A DNA stretch of 64,000 nt. Origin: a bacterium. Lineage in GTDB: Bacteria > J088 > JAWLBW01. Positions 26,751 to 37,732 of this stretch are shown here, piece after piece. The notes under the pieces were generated by a model that saw only the letters and a program-made list of their open reading frames with translations, did no database searches and was not told the DNA's origin. The stretch is taken from NCBI GenBank assembly GCA_041690355.1, contig JAWLHK010000004.1, forward strand, positions 124,001-188,000, given 5' to 3'. The position numbers were made by a program, and so were the translations under genes. The first letter of the stretch is position 1, and each line of letters opens with the position of its first letter.

Positions 26751-29700
26751 ATGACCTGGTTCAAACGGATGACGCCCCTTCACCTGCTCGGCATCGGTTC
26801 GCTGCTGGGCCTTGCCGGATGCTTTGCGGGCGGCAGCTCGATGACGACGCTCGGCCAGGCCAAACAGGTCGAGCACGAAACCGAGCTCCTCGGCGGCCCG
26901 AACGCCATCGGCCAGGTCGGCGACTATCTGCTCCAGAACAACCGGGTGCGCGCCATCGTGCAGGCACTCCCCGAAGCCCCGCAAGGCGGTGTGCTCTCCT
27001 ACGGCGGCGCCCTGGTCGATCTGGACCGCGTGCGCTTTCCGGGCGAGGCGGGACGCGACCGCTTCGGCGGCGTCGTGAGCCTGGTCGACGGTACGCTGAC
27101 CCTGCGTCCGGAACGGGTTTTCATCCTCGAAGACGGCGCGGCGACCGGCACCGCGACCATCCGGGCCGAAGGCCGTCTCGCACCGGTCCTGGCCGCCAAT
27201 CTCGTGCAGGTGGCCGCCGCCGAGGGTCTGACCTCGAGCCTGTCGCGCACGGCGCCGGCCGACATTTACGTCAAGACCGATTACATCCTTCTTCCCGAAG
27301 CCAATTACATCACGGTGCGCACGACCTTTCTCAACCGCGGGGGCACGGCGGTTTCGCTGCGGGTCGGCGATCTGATCCAGAAGGGCTCGACCGTCACGTT
27401 CGTGAGCGGCGGCCGCGGCTTCGGCGCACCGTCCACCAGCGCCATGGCCGCGACGCTCGTCTTCGAAAGCGCCGACATCAGCTACGGCTACGACGTCGGG
27501 AGCCGACGCTACCTTTCGGGCGGAAATTTCAAGGATGAGCTCGTGCAGGGGGGCCTCGTCGTCCCCTTCGGCGATCAGATCGGCATGCTTCACGGCTTCT
27601 CCGACCTCGCGACCTATCTCGCCCCGGCCGGCCCCGGCAACGAGGCGCTGCTCGAAGTTCCCGCCCGGCAGTCGGCCGCCTATACCCGCTACGTGATGAT
27701 CGGCGAAGGGGACGGTGAGGGGATCTTCTCGGCCCTCTCCGAAACCTGGGGCGAAGAACCGGGCACCGTCACCGGGCGCGTGGTATCCGGCGGCGAAGGG
27801 GTGGCCGGGGCCGACGTGGCCCTGCTCCTTGAAAACCGGCCGTTCGCGCATTTCCGCACCAGCGAAGACGGATCCTTCCGGGCAACCGTTCCCCCCGACA
27901 TCTACCAGCTCGTCGTCAACGCGAAGGGCTATCCCTACGTTTCGACGACACCGGCGCTGCAGGCGGTCGACGTGGCGCCGGGCGAAACATTCGACGCCGG
28001 CGACATCGCACTTGGTCGCGCCGGAACGCTGCGCGTCTTTCTGCGTGACGTATCCCTGCGCGAAGACGGCACCGGCTTCGTCAACGCCGGCATGCCGGGG
28101 CGCCTGGTCGTACGCCGTTCGGGCGCCGACCCGAGCCCGGACGTCGTGGGTTCGACCTGGCCGTTTCGCCCGCCCGAGTCTGCAGACGAAGTCTACACCG
28201 TCTCGCCCCGCGGCGAGCTGGCGCTCCCCCTCGAACCCGGCGACTACGAACTTCAGGGCTACAGCGGCCCGTTCTATTCGATGGCGCAACTGAACGTCGC
28301 CGTGCTCGCCGCCGCGCGCACCGACCGCGTCCTCGAACTGAGCCGGGTCATCGATCGCGAAGGTATCGGCCTGGTTGAACTCAATGCCCGTACCTACGGC
28401 GGCGACGGCGTCCTCAGCCCGGGCGCCACCGTGCTGGCCGCCGTGGGCACCGGAGTCGATCTGCTCGTCTCGGGTGACACCGGCCGGCGTACCGACCTGG
28501 CGGCCACGCTGGCCAGCCTCGACGGCGCGTTCGAGACCGACGAGGTCAAGCTGGTCGTCAGCAGCCGCATCGGCGTCGCTCCCGGAGAGCGGGTCGTCGC
28601 GCCGGGGCTCGGCGAATTCGGCGCGTGGCCGATTACCAGTGCAACGGCGGGCGAGACGGTCGGCTTCGTCGACACCGCCGGCAAGCTCCTGCTGCCCGAT
28701 GCGATCCTCCAGGCCCTGCGCGCTGCGCTCCCCGAATCGCTGCGGGGCGACTTCGGCGGCGAACTGCCGATGACGGCCATCTGGTCACCCTTTGCCTCGC
28801 CTGATGCGCCCGCCGAGCGCCTGACGGCGTACATGGATGCCGCCGACCCGGTTGTCGCCTGGGACGACGGCACGATTGCCGACGGCGAGAACGGCACCGA
28901 TCGTACGCTGGCGGGCCTCGGTTCGGGTTCGCTGTGGATCAGCGGCGAAGGCGTCACCTTCGATTCCCTCTCGGTCTTCGACCATCCCGACGCGACCGTT
29001 CGCGACCTGGCGCTGAACGCCTGGTTCACCTTGCTGAACCTGGGCTACAACAATCCCGAAGCGGCCAAGGGCGAGCTGCCCGCGCTCACGGTCATCGGCT
29101 CGGGGTCGACGCCGGCCTTCGATCCGCTCCCGGCGGGGCAGCCGCGCAACCTGCTTTTTCTCGAGGCCAATGAAGACGGCACCGTTCCGCGTCCCACCGT
29201 TGCGCTCGCGAACGAACGGCTGCGCGCCTTGAAGAACGTCATCTCCAACGGCCCGCTCGTCAGCGTGAGCGCCGCGTCTCCGGCAAAGCCGAACGCGCCG
29301 GTGACCCCGGGCGAGCTGCTGTCGGTCGCCTCGTCGAGCACGACCGAGGTCACGCTGACCGTGGCCGTGCAGAGCCCCTGCTGGGCGCCGGTCGACCGGA
29401 TCGAGATCTTCGCGAACGCGCCGATTACCGAGCCGACGTCGGGGGCCTCGGCGCTGCTCGTGCCCACGCAGACGGTTTCCCTCACGCCGACGATCGAGAA
29501 CGGGCGCACCGGTGCAGCCCAGGCGACGGCCTGCTTTGTCGAGGGTACGGAGACGACGGGCGCGGGCTTCGGCCGCTATGCGGCGACCGAGACGGTGACC
29601 CTGTCGGGCCTGGCCGGCGACAGCTGGATTGTGGTCGTCGTGCGGGGCCCCGGCTTCGTCCCCGAGCTCGTCGCCGGCGGCTACGTCCAGGCGCCGACCG

Positions 29701-29816
29701 CCATCGTCAACCCCATCTTCGTGGACGTAAACGGCGACGCGGCCTTCCAGGCCCCGTGCCCGGGGACGAACTGCCCGAACAGCGGAACCACGCGGCTCAG
29801 CCTGGCGGCGGAATAA
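26751..29816 (+). CDS. Large lipoprotein with carboxypeptidase-regulatory-like domain and degenerate PHP (CehA/McbA-like) domain
   Basis: SD GGAGG; lipobox LAGC; GQVGDYLLQNNRVRAIV; GTVTGRV...DGSFRATVPPDIY; SNGPLV, DSWIVVVVRG, NPIFVDVNGD. Confidence 0.7.
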   Translation: MTWFKRMTPLHLLGIGSLLGLAGCFAGGSSMTTLGQAKQVEHETELLGGPNAIGQVGDYLLQNNRVRAIVQALPEAPQGGVLSYGGALVDLDRVRFPGEAGRDRFGGVVSLVDGTLTLRPERVFILEDGAATGTATIRAEGRLAPVLAANLVQVAAAEGLTSSLSRTAPADIYVKTDYILLPEANYITVRTTFLNRGGTAVSLRVGDLIQKGSTVTFVSGGRGFGAPSTSAMAATLVFESADISYGYDVGSRRYLSGGNFKDELVQGGLVVPFGDQIGMLHGFSDLATYLAPAGPGNEALLEVPARQSAAYTRYVMIGEGDGEGIFSALSETWGEEPGTVTGRVVSGGEGVAGADVALLLENRPFAHFRTSEDGSFRATVPPDIYQLVVNAKGYPYVSTTPALQAVDVAPGETFDAGDIALGRAGTLRVFLRDVSLREDGTGFVNAGMPGRLVVRRSGADPSPDVVGSTWPFRPPESADEVYTVSPRGELALPLEPGDYELQGYSGPFYSMAQLNVAVLAAARTDRVLELSRVIDREGIGLVELNARTYGGDGVLSPGATVLAAVGTGVDLLVSGDTGRRTDLAATLASLDGAFETDEVKLVVSSRIGVAPGERVVAPGLGEFGAWPITSATAGETVGFVDTAGKLLLPDAILQALRAALPESLRGDFGGELPMTAIWSPFASPDAPAERLTAYMDAADPVVAWDDGTIADGENGTDRTLAGLGSGSLWISGEGVTFDSLSVFDHPDATVRDLALNAWFTLLNLGYNNPEAAKGELPALTVIGSGSTPAFDPLPAGQPRNLLFLEANEDGTVPRPTVALANERLRALKNVISNGPLVSVSAASPAKPNAPVTPGELLSVASSSTTEVTLTVAVQSPCWAPVDRIEIFANAPITEPTSGASALLVPTQTVSLTPTIENGRTGAAQATACFVEGTETTGAGFGRYAATETVTLSGLAGDSWIVVVVRGPGFVPELVAGGYVQAPTAIVNPIFVDVNGDAAFQAPCPGTNCPNSGTTRLSLAAE

Positions 29817-29842
29817 GGGGAAGGCCCGGAAGACGCCGCCGG

Positions 29843-30286
29843 CTACCGGCCGGTATCCGAATCCGGCAGGGGACGCACCGGCCCGCTGGAGGCCATGCGC
29901 ACCACTTCGCGACGAGCGGCCAGCCGTATGAGCGCGTCGCGATCGCCCTGCACGTGCAGACGGCGGTCGTCGGCGCGCAGAATGCGCAGCCCCTGGAGGC
30001 GCAGACGCTCGATCACCTCCGGCGCGAGCGGCGCCGAGAGTTGGGCCACGGCGGCGATCTCCTCGTCCAGCTTGCCCGCCATCTGAAAACGCAGGCGCGC
30101 GTCCATCTTGCCGAGCACGGCGTCATCGGCCGGCGGCACCGGTTCTTCTGCAGGGCCGGCGGCCTCGGATTCCGTCTGCGCGCCCGGGCCGCAGGTCGAG
30201 GCAGCGGGCGCGTGGGCGCAGTGAAAGGCCAGTCCGGCGACGACGAGGGTCGTAAGCCGCGCCCGGTTTCCCCATTTCGGCTTCAT
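29843..30286 (-). CDS. Hypothetical exported protein, possibly subtilase-propeptide-like
   Basis: SD GGGAGG; signal-like N-terminus with Cys; KMDARL...LIRLAARREVVRM. Confidence 0.5.
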   Translation of the reverse strand: MKPKWGNRARLTTLVVAGLAFHCAHAPAASTCGPGAQTESEAAGPAEEPVPPADDAVLGKMDARLRFQMAGKLDEEIAAVAQLSAPLAPEVIERLRLQGLRILRADDRRLHVQGDRDALIRLAARREVVRMASSGPVRPLPDSDTGR

Positions 30287-30349
30287 ACGGCGTCCTCCCG
30301 TAACAAAAGGCTGCAGCAGCTCCGCCGGCCGAGAGACGGCGGCGGCCGA

Positions 30350-31549
30350 TCAGTCTCCCCGGCTCGTGCGGGCGAGGCTGTCGACGACGAGCCGCGCCTC
30401 CTGGTGGCCGGGCTCCAGGCGGAGCACGCGGCGAAACTCGCCAAGGGCCGCGTCGTTGCGCCCGAGCAGGCGCAGCAGCCCCGCATGGTAAAAGGCGATG
30501 TCGGCATCATCCGGCGCAAGGCGGCAGGCCTGCTCCATCAGCCCCAGGTTCTGCTCGAGCGCATGCTTGTCGGCCGGCGCCTGCAGAACCCGCGACCAGG
30601 CAAGGCTCCCCACCGCAAGGCCGTTGTCGGGACGCAGCACGGCAGCTTTGAAAAACGCGAGCTCGGCTTCGAGAAACTGGCGCGCGCGCAGAAACTGCTT
30701 GCCCGAGCGGAACACGGCGTCGTACTCCTCGGCAAGCACACCGGGCCTGAACGCGTCCTGCGCCGGCTCGGGGGCCGGCTCCTGTTTTCCCGGCGCCGGG
30801 GCGGCAACGCCGCCCGCCTTCTCGGCCGCGATGTTGATTCCCTCGGGGACGTCGAAGCTGATGCAGCCAAGCTCGCGCATGGCGAAGACGAGCCGCCAGA
30901 AGCGTTCGGGAATACGGGGATCGAGAAGACCGCGAAAATTGATCCGGCCGGTGATGCGGTCATAGAGCGAAAGCATCTCGCTTTCATCGAAGACGACCGT
31001 CTCGAAGGGCGACCCGGGCACCGGACGCGGCTTCTGGTCAAGGAGCAGGGCGGCGGCGACGCCGAGATAGCGGCTCCCGTAGCGCACCCCGACCCCCTCG
31101 TTGCAGATGTCGGCATACGACAGCGGCGACAGCTGCGCGGTGACTTCGCCGGGCGAGAACATGTATTCGCCCCCGTTCCAGGCGAAGAGCTCGCCGATAC
31201 GCAGGAGAATCTGCTGGCGAAGCGCCTGCTCGAGCGTGATCCGGTCAATGACTCCCCAGGCGATCAGATGCTCGCCGGCGCGAAGGCTCGCATTCCTGCG
31301 CCCTTTTTCGTCGTAGCGCACGAAGGTCTTTTCGTCGATGATGCGCCAGCGCAGCAGCAGACGGGCGATGAGCTCGTCCTCGCGGTTGCTGCGCGAGCCC
31401 ACGATGCGCCCTTCGGAGAAGAACACTTCTTTGACGGTGTCGCCGCGCGTGCAGACGAGTGCGCCGGTTGCCCGCGCCATCTGCACGCCGGCCAGGAGCG
31501 CGAAGAGCGATACCTCTTCAAGTCGGCCCCCCTCGAGGCGTACGTTCAT
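30350..31549 (-). CDS. DUF4388 domain plus C-terminal TPR protein
   Basis: GRLEEVSLFALL...TGAL...KEVFFSEGRIV...LFAWNGGEYMF; C-terminal TPRs. Confidence 0.85.
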   Translation of the reverse strand: MNVRLEGGRLEEVSLFALLAGVQMARATGALVCTRGDTVKEVFFSEGRIVGSRSNREDELIARLLLRWRIIDEKTFVRYDEKGRRNASLRAGEHLIAWGVIDRITLEQALRQQILLRIGELFAWNGGEYMFSPGEVTAQLSPLSYADICNEGVGVRYGSRYLGVAAALLLDQKPRPVPGSPFETVVFDESEMLSLYDRITGRINFRGLLDPRIPERFWRLVFAMRELGCISFDVPEGINIAAEKAGGVAAPAPGKQEPAPEPAQDAFRPGVLAEEYDAVFRSGKQFLRARQFLEAELAFFKAAVLRPDNGLAVGSLAWSRVLQAPADKHALEQNLGLMEQACRLAPDDADIAFYHAGLLRLLGRNDAALGEFRRVLRLEPGHQEARLVVDSLARTSRGD

Positions 31550-31655
31550 ACCGTGGAATCCTCTCTGGACGTTTCGGGAGTCATCTTACTATGAACGGCC
31601 CCCCCCTCCAACCCTCGAAATGTCCGTGAATTTCGCGGACCCCGGGAGCGGAGCA

Positions 31656-31695
31656 AAAAAAAAGAGAGCGCCGGCCAATGTCCGTGCTCCCTTTC
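31656..31695 (-). terminator. Probable terminator downstream of tRNA-Pro
   Basis: Imperfect hairpin GAAAGGGAGCAC...GCGCTCTC followed by 9 T on the minus strand. Confidence 0.5.
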
Positions 31696-31700
31696 AATAC

Positions 31701-31778
31701 TGGTCGGGGTGAGAGGATTCGAACCTCCGGCCTCTACGACCCGAACGTAGCGCTCTAGCCAGGCTGAGCTACACCCCG
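31701..31778 (-). tRNA. tRNA-Pro(CGG)
   Basis: CGGGGTG TAGCTCAGCCTGGCTAGAGCG CTACG-TTCGGGT-CGTAG AGGCC GGAGGTTCGAATCCTCT CACCCCG ACCA; anticodon CGG, encoded CCA. Confidence 0.97.
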
Positions 31779-31823
31779 AAAACCGAAACCGCCTCACGCC
31801 GACAAAGCATGAGGTAATCGAAC

Positions 31824-31852
31824 ATTATAGGGTGCCTTCTGAAGTGCGTCAA
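31824..31852 (-). promoter_or_regulatory. tRNA promoter
   Basis: TTGACG-N17-TATAAT on the minus strand. Confidence 0.8.
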
Positions 31853-31935
31853 GTTTCGACTTGCCGCTCCCGTCGCCGAGGGCAGGGGCCTCCCGGCGCC
31901 CACGGGGGGAACTGGAGGCGCCGGCAGGGTTTGCT

Positions 31936-31964
31936 TTGCCGAGGATTCACGGGGCCGCTATAAT
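31936..31964 (+). promoter_or_regulatory. maeB promoter
   Basis: TTGCCG-N17-TATAAT. Confidence 0.75.
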
Positions 31965-32004
31965 GAACGTCCATTCATTTTCGGCCTACCCGCCAGGAAT
32001 CAGC

Positions 32005-34275
32005 ATGAAAATTCGTAAGGAAGACGCCCTCGAGTATCACGCCCAGGGGCGCCCCGGAAAAATCGAGGTCGTTCCCAGCAAGCCGACCGCGACGCAACGC
32101 GACCTTTCGCTTGCCTACACGCCCGGCGTGGCCGATGTCTGTCGCGATATTCAGAACGACCCCGACCTCGGATTCAAGTACACGGCCCGCGGCAACCTCG
32201 TCGCCGTCGTGACCAACGGCACGGCCGTTCTCGGCCTGGGAGATATCGGGCCGCTCGCCGGGAAACCGGTCATGGAAGGCAAAGGGGTGCTGTTCAAGCG
32301 GTTCGCCGACATCGACGTATTCGACATCGAGCTTGACTGCCGCGATCCCGACGAATTTGTGAAGATCGTCAAGGCGCTCGAGCCGACCTTCGGCGGCATC
32401 AACCTCGAAGACGTCAAGGCGCCCGAGTGCTTCTACATCGAAGAACGCCTGCGCAAGGAGATGAACATCCCCGTCTTCCACGACGATCAGCACGGCACGG
32501 CCATCATCAGCGGCGCCGGCATTCTGAACGCCCTGCGCATCCAGGACAAACGTCCCGAAGACGTGAAAGTCGTCGTGAGCGGCGCCGGCGCGGCCGGCAT
32601 CAGCTGTGCCGAGCTCTGGATCCAGCTCGGCGTGCAGCGCAAGAACATCCTCATGTGCGACTCCAAGGGGGTTCTGCACACCGGGCGCGCCGACCTGAAC
32701 GAATCGAAGCGCGCCTTCGCCGTCGAGACCCAGGCCCGCACGCTCTCCGACGCCATGGAAGGGGCCGACGTCTTTCTCGGCGTCTCGGTCGGCGGCATGG
32801 TGACCAAGGAGATGGTGCGCTCGATGGCCGATCGCCCGATCATCTTCGCCCTGGCCAATCCGGATCCGGAAATCACCTATCCCGACGCCGTGGCGGCCCG
32901 CGAAGACCTCGTCATGGCCACCGGCCGCAGCGACTATCCCAACCAGGTGAACAACGTCCTCGGGTTCCCCTTCATCTTCCGCGGCGCCCTCGACGTACGC
33001 GCCTCGACGATCAACGACGAGATGAAGCTGGCCGCCGCGCGCGCCCTCGCCGAACTGGCGCGTGAGCAGGTGCCCGACTACGTGCTGCGCGCCTACGGGC
33101 TGCGGCAGATCAAGTTCGGCAAGGAATACATCATTCCCAAGCCGTTCGACAGCCGCGTCCTGCTCTGGGTCGCGCCGGCCGTGGCCAAGGCGGCCATGGA
33201 CACCGGCGTCGCCCGTGTTCAGATCGATCTGGATGAATACCGCGACCGGCTCGAAAGCTCGCTCGGACCCAGCCGCGAAGTCATGCGCGCGACGATGCAC
33301 AAGGCGCGCAAGGAGCCGCGCCGCATCGTGTTTCCCGAAGGAGATTCGACCCGCGTGCTCAAGGCCTGCCAGACGATCATCGACGAAGGCATCGCCATCC
33401 CCGTACTGCTGGGTGAAGAGGAACGCATCCGCGCCAAGGCGAAGGAGCTCGACCTCGAGATCCCGGGCGCCGAAATCATCAACCCGATGTACAGCGACCG
33501 TATCGAGCAGTACACGCAGCGGCTCTTCGAGATCCGCCAGCGCAAGGGGCTGACCTACTATGAGGCCCAGAAAGCCTGCCGCAAGCGGAACTATTTCGGG
33601 GCGATGATGCTCGAAATGGGGCACGTCGACGGCATGATCTCGGGCATCACGGTCAACTACCCGCAGGCCCTGCGTCCGGCCCTCGAGGTCATCGGCCCGC
33701 GCGCCGGCGTCAACCGGGTCAGCGGCCTCGACCTGATGTTCGTGCGCAACAAGCTGCTCTTCTTCACCGACACGACCGTCACCATCGAGCCGACCCCTGA
33801 GGAACTGGCCGAAACGGCGATCCTCGCGGCTGAAACGGCCGCCTGGTTCAACGTCGATCCGCGCATTGCCATGCTGAGCTTCTCGAACTTCGGCGGCGTG
33901 CGCCACGCGACGGCCGACAAGGTGCGCCTGGCGACCGAGATCGTCAAGCGGGTGCGCCCCGATATCGTTGTCGAAGGGGAGATGATGCCCGACGTCGCCC
34001 TCGTCACCGACGTGCTCGAGAACGCCTACCCGTTTGCGGCGCTGCGCCAGCCGGCCAATGTCCTCGTGTTTCCCGACCTGAACTCGAGCGTCATTGCCCA
34101 GAAGCTCGTCGTGCACCTGGCGGGCGCCGAGAACATCGGTCCCGTGCTCATGGGGATGCGCAAGCCGGTGAACATTCTCGAGCGCACCTGCTCGGCTGCC
34201 GATATCGTGAACCTGACTTCGATTACCGTCGTGCAGGCTCAGCAGGATAAGAGCCAGCGCGGCGTCGCCCTCTGA
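32005..34275 (+). CDS. maeB: NADP-dependent malic enzyme with C-terminal phosphotransacetylase-like domain
   Basis: [50 protein letters not shown], then RIVFPEG PTA-like domain. Confidence 0.97.
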   Translation: MKIRKEDALEYHAQGRPGKIEVVPSKPTATQRDLSLAYTPGVADVCRDIQNDPDLGFKYTARGNLVAVVTNGTAVLGLGDIGPLAGKPVMEGKGVLFKRFADIDVFDIELDCRDPDEFVKIVKALEPTFGGINLEDVKAPECFYIEERLRKEMNIPVFHDDQHGTAIISGAGILNALRIQDKRPEDVKVVVSGAGAAGISCAELWIQLGVQRKNILMCDSKGVLHTGRADLNESKRAFAVETQARTLSDAMEGADVFLGVSVGGMVTKEMVRSMADRPIIFALANPDPEITYPDAVAAREDLVMATGRSDYPNQVNNVLGFPFIFRGALDVRASTINDEMKLAAARALAELAREQVPDYVLRAYGLRQIKFGKEYIIPKPFDSRVLLWVAPAVAKAAMDTGVARVQIDLDEYRDRLESSLGPSREVMRATMHKARKEPRRIVFPEGDSTRVLKACQTIIDEGIAIPVLLGEEERIRAKAKELDLEIPGAEIINPMYSDRIEQYTQRLFEIRQRKGLTYYEAQKACRKRNYFGAMMLEMGHVDGMISGITVNYPQALRPALEVIGPRAGVNRVSGLDLMFVRNKLLFFTDTTVTIEPTPEELAETAILAAETAAWFNVDPRIAMLSFSNFGGVRHATADKVRLATEIVKRVRPDIVVEGEMMPDVALVTDVLENAYPFAALRQPANVLVFPDLNSSVIAQKLVVHLAGAENIGPVLMGMRKPVNILERTCSAADIVNLTSITVVQAQQDKSQRGVAL

Positions 34276-34298
34276 GGCCCGCGACGCCCGGGAGAAGC

Positions 34299-34988
34299 AT
34301 GCCGTTCCCGCCCTTCCATCGCCGCATCGGGCTTCTCGGCGGCCTGCTCGGCGGGCTGTTCGCGGTCTGTCTCGGAGTTCCCTCCGAAGCGGCCGCCATC
34401 AGCCCGCCCCCGTGGGCCATGCCGGTTTCGACGGGCAACCTGGCCGTGCTCGGCATGGTGCCCACCGAGGTGACGGAGTGGACGCTGCTCGACGCCGACA
34501 TGACGGCCGACCTCCCCATGGCGGTCGTCATGGCCAAAGCGGTAACGACCGCGGGAGAAACGACCCTCGATGCGGTGCTCGGCACCAAGTACTCGATCGG
34601 CATCTACGTCTACCAGCCCCGCCTGAACCGGTGGATGCCAGTGTGGGAGCGGGTGACGGGCACGTTGACGGTCGGCTTCGTCGAGGGGTTCGAGATCGCC
34701 GACGTGAACGGCGACGGGCGGCGTGAGGTCTGCATCCGCATCCGCTATTCGGGCCCCAACCGCGCGCTTGATTACATTGTGAAAACGGTCGACAATGGGC
34801 TGGTAAGAGACCTTTTCGAAGAGAAGAGCATCTATCGGGGCGCGGTCACGGCGGCCAGCGGCGCCATCGTCGTCCGTCGCGAAATTCCGGGCACGCCCGA
34901 CATCCAGCAGCGCGAGGTATTCACGTGGACTCCCACGCAGAAGCGGTTCGAGAAGGTGAGCGAGCAGCGCCTGAGGATCCGGGAATGA
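34299..34988 (+). CDS. Hypothetical secreted protein with FG-GAP-like Ca-binding motif
   Basis: Signal peptide; ADVNGDGRREV. Confidence 0.6.
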   Translation: MPFPPFHRRIGLLGGLLGGLFAVCLGVPSEAAAISPPPWAMPVSTGNLAVLGMVPTEVTEWTLLDADMTADLPMAVVMAKAVTTAGETTLDAVLGTKYSIGIYVYQPRLNRWMPVWERVTGTLTVGFVEGFEIADVNGDGRREVCIRIRYSGPNRALDYIVKTVDNGLVRDLFEEKSIYRGAVTAASGAIVVRREIPGTPDIQQREVFTWTPTQKRFEKVSEQRLRIRE

Positions 34989-35479
34989 GCGAAGGGGCAG
35001 CGCTTCTCGAAACGATTCGCCGTTTTCTCGAGCAGGACCCCGCCAGCATCCAGGCGGCGCGGCCGCTGAAGCCGGGGGCCCAGGTCGGCTTTCGCTTCGT
35101 CGGCGTTGCGGGCCAGTACCACGTCGTCAAAGAGGCCGGCGGCTTGCGCGTGCGCGAGGGAGCGGCTGCCCGACCCGACTGGACCGCCGAGATCACGCCC
35201 GCGGCTGTGACCAGCATCGCCGCGCTCGAGAATCACGACATCGGCGACCTGGGCGTCGAGATTTTCAAACGCATGGCCCGCGGCTTCGTCGAGCCGGGTT
35301 CCGACGACCACATCAAGGTTCACCTGCAAGCCGGTTTCCTCACGATCATGCGCCACGGCTACCTGGGTATCCTCCCCCTGGGCGGTCCCAAAGTCGCTCG
35401 CTACCTCGCACAGCACGGGCTCAAGAACGCGTCGGCCATCCGCAAGGTTTTCCGCAAACTGCGCGGATCGGAAAACTGA
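34985..35479 (+). CDS. Hypothetical protein, possibly SCP2 sterol-carrier-like fold
   Basis: ATGA overlap with previous gene; VGFRF...YHVV...VREGAAARPDWTAEI resembles SCP2 beta strands. Confidence 0.55.
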   Translation: MSEGAALLETIRRFLEQDPASIQAARPLKPGAQVGFRFVGVAGQYHVVKEAGGLRVREGAAARPDWTAEITPAAVTSIAALENHDIGDLGVEIFKRMARGFVEPGSDDHIKVHLQAGFLTIMRHGYLGILPLGGPKVARYLAQHGLKNASAIRKVFRKLRGSEN

Positions 35480-35483
35480 TCGC

Positions 35484-36770
35484 TCAGTTCTCGCGGCGCC
35501 AGAGCGCGCCGAAAAACCCGTCGGTGCCGTGCAGATCGGGGCGCGCTTCGTAGAGCCCGTCGTCACGCCGGAACGGGTGGGGCGGGCTCTCGCGGCGAAA
35601 CTGCGGATGCCCGCGCTCGAAGGCGGCGACCACGTCTTCGTTTTCTGCCCTCCACAACGTGCACGTCAGGTAGAGCAGGTGTCCGCCGGGGAGCGTGCAC
35701 TCCGCGCCGTGCGCCAGGATGGCGAGCTGCCGTTCCGGAAGCGTGGGGTCGGGCCGGTCGCGCCATTTGCGGTCGGGATTGCGCCGCAGCGTCCCGAGCC
35801 CGCTGCACGGCGCGTCGACGAGCACGGCGGGGGCCGCTTCGACATCGACCCGGCGGGCATCGGCATGCAGGATGCGGATGCGTTCGGTGAGTCCGAGGCC
35901 GTCGCGCAGGCGCTCCATCTCGGCGAGCCGCCTGCGATCCTGTTCGACCGCCGTCACGGCGGCCCCCCGATCGGCGAGCACGAAACTCTTGCCCCCGGGG
36001 GCCGCGCAGAGATCGAGCGCCCGGTCGGCGGGCGGGAGCAGAGCCGTCATGGCCTGCGCCGCCTCGTCCTGCAGCACCCAGTCACCCGCCTGCACCGCCG
36101 GCCAGGTCTGCGGGTCGCCGCCGCCGCGCACCCGCAGTGCCCCGGCCGCGACCGGACTCGGGTCGACGGCCGCCCCCTGCGCCTCGAGCCACGCGCGGGC
36201 CGCATCGACGGAGCCGCGGCGCACCCGCACGCCATGGGGCGGTATCTCCTGATCGGCGGCCAGCAGCCGCGCGGCCGTTTCGCGCCCGTAGGTGTCGACC
36301 CAGGCGGCCACCAGCCAGGCGGGGTGTGCGTAGCGAACGGCCAGGTCGTCAATCCCCTCTCCTGCCGGCGGGTTCCACGCCGGCGCGCGCTGCAGGCCAC
36401 GCAGGACCGCGTTGACCATGCCTGCCGCGTGCCCGAGCCCGGCCCGCCGCGCCCCCTCGACGGCGGCATTCACGGCCGCGTGCGGCGGAATGCGGTCGAG
36501 GTGGTAGAGCTGGTACAGGGCGATGCGCAGCAGATGGCGGATGCCTTCGTCGGTCCCCTCGCGCACGCGTCCGGCGAGGCGGGCGTCGAGCTGCAGCTTC
36601 CAGCGCAGCACGCCGTAGAAGATTTCGTGGGCCAGGCCCCGGTCGCGCACGTCGGCAAGGGCCGCCACGGCCGCGCGAATCGCCCGCTCGGCATGCGTGC
36701 CCCGATCGACCGCGAGAAGCGCCTGCAGGGCCGCGTCGCGGGCGTCCCGCGGAGGGGGCGCGGCGCTCAT
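35484..36770 (-). CDS. rsmB: 16S rRNA m5C967 methyltransferase
   Basis: NusB-like N-terminus (LYQLYHLDRIPPHAAVN, VNAVLR); QDEAA, DLCAAPGGK, DAPCSGLG, YLTCT. Confidence 0.93.
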   Translation of the reverse strand: MSAAPPPRDARDAALQALLAVDRGTHAERAIRAAVAALADVRDRGLAHEIFYGVLRWKLQLDARLAGRVREGTDEGIRHLLRIALYQLYHLDRIPPHAAVNAAVEGARRAGLGHAAGMVNAVLRGLQRAPAWNPPAGEGIDDLAVRYAHPAWLVAAWVDTYGRETAARLLAADQEIPPHGVRVRRGSVDAARAWLEAQGAAVDPSPVAAGALRVRGGGDPQTWPAVQAGDWVLQDEAAQAMTALLPPADRALDLCAAPGGKSFVLADRGAAVTAVEQDRRRLAEMERLRDGLGLTERIRILHADARRVDVEAAPAVLVDAPCSGLGTLRRNPDRKWRDRPDPTLPERQLAILAHGAECTLPGGHLLYLTCTLWRAENEDVVAAFERGHPQFRRESPPHPFRRDDGLYEARPDLHGTDGFFGALWRREN

Positions 36771-37732
36771 TTGCGCTCCGGATCCGCCGGGGCCGTAAAC
36801 AGGGGGGCGCCAGGCGAAAGGCGCAGGCCGCGCGCGAACTCGCCGGCCCCCATGCGCCGCTTGCCGGCGGGCTGCACCTCGATCAGGCGCAGCAGTCCTT
36901 CGCCGGTGCCGACATCGACGCCGTCGGCCTGCACGGCCGCCACCGCGCCGGGGGCGGCGGTACCGGACAGGACGGCGGTGCGCAGAATCTTCACGTACTG
37001 GCCGCCCGCGTGCGAGAAGGCCCCGGGCCACGGCGTCAATCCCCGGACCCGGTCGTGGATCCGTTCTGCCGGCGCCGACCAGTCGATGGCGCCGTCTTCC
37101 TTCTTGAGGATCGGCGCGTAGGTCGCTCCCTCGGCCGGCTGCGGCTCGGGCCGCACGGAACCGTCGGCGAGCCCGCGCAGGGTCTCGAGCAGGACGTCGC
37201 CGCCGAGGGCCGCGAGCCGATCGTGCAGCGAAGCCGCATCTTCGTCGGGTCCGATTGCAAGGGCGCGGCGAACCAGCATCGGCCCGGTATCGAGCCCCTC
37301 GTCCATGAGCATCGTCGTGACCCCGGTTTCCCGGTCGCCGTTGACGATCGCCCACTGGATCGGCGACGCCCCCCGCCAGCGCGGCAACAGTGAGGCGTGC
37401 ACGTTGATGCACCCGCCCGGGGGGACGGCGAGGACGTTCGCGGGCAGGATGCGACCGTACGCGACGACGACCGCCCACCGGGCCTGCTGCGCGCGCAGCC
37501 AGGCCTCGAACTCCGGCGTGCGGATCTTTTCGGGCTGCACGACGGGAATGCCATGCGCCTCGGCCAGCTCCTTGACCGGCGGCTTCGCGACTTCCTGGCC
37601 GCGCCCGCGCGGCCGGTCGGGCTGAGTCACGACGGCGGCGACCGGATACCCGGCGTCGAGCAGGCGGCGCAGCGACGCGGCCGCGAAGTCGGGGGTCCCC
37701 ATGAAAACGATGCGGTTTGAATCGTCAGGCAT
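36767..37732 (-). CDS. fmt: Methionyl-tRNA formyltransferase
   Basis: [43 protein letters not shown]. Confidence 0.97.
   Translation of the reverse strand: MPDDSNRIVFMGTPDFAAASLRRLLDAGYPVAAVVTQPDRPRGRGQEVAKPPVKELAEAHGIPVVQPEKIRTPEFEAWLRAQQARWAVVVAYGRILPANVLAVPPGGCINVHASLLPRWRGASPIQWAIVNGDRETGVTTMLMDEGLDTGPMLVRRALAIGPDEDAASLHDRLAALGGDVLLETLRGLADGSVRPEPQPAEGATYAPILKKEDGAIDWSAPAERIHDRVRGLTPWPGAFSHAGGQYVKILRTAVLSGTAAPGAVAAVQADGVDVGTGEGLLRLIEVQPAGKRRMGAGEFARGLRLSPGAPLFTAPADPERK

Noticed and set aside
31550..31800. Integrative element at tRNA-Pro
   Set aside because: No integrase nearby and no duplicated tRNA 3' end noticed in the window
31975..34116. Long antisense ORFs (for example 31975-34116, 52740-54725, 56775-58928, 38394-40082, 22207-23712)
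   Set aside because: They lie opposite well-supported genes, have no recognisable motifs, and are expected shadows of high-GC codon usage
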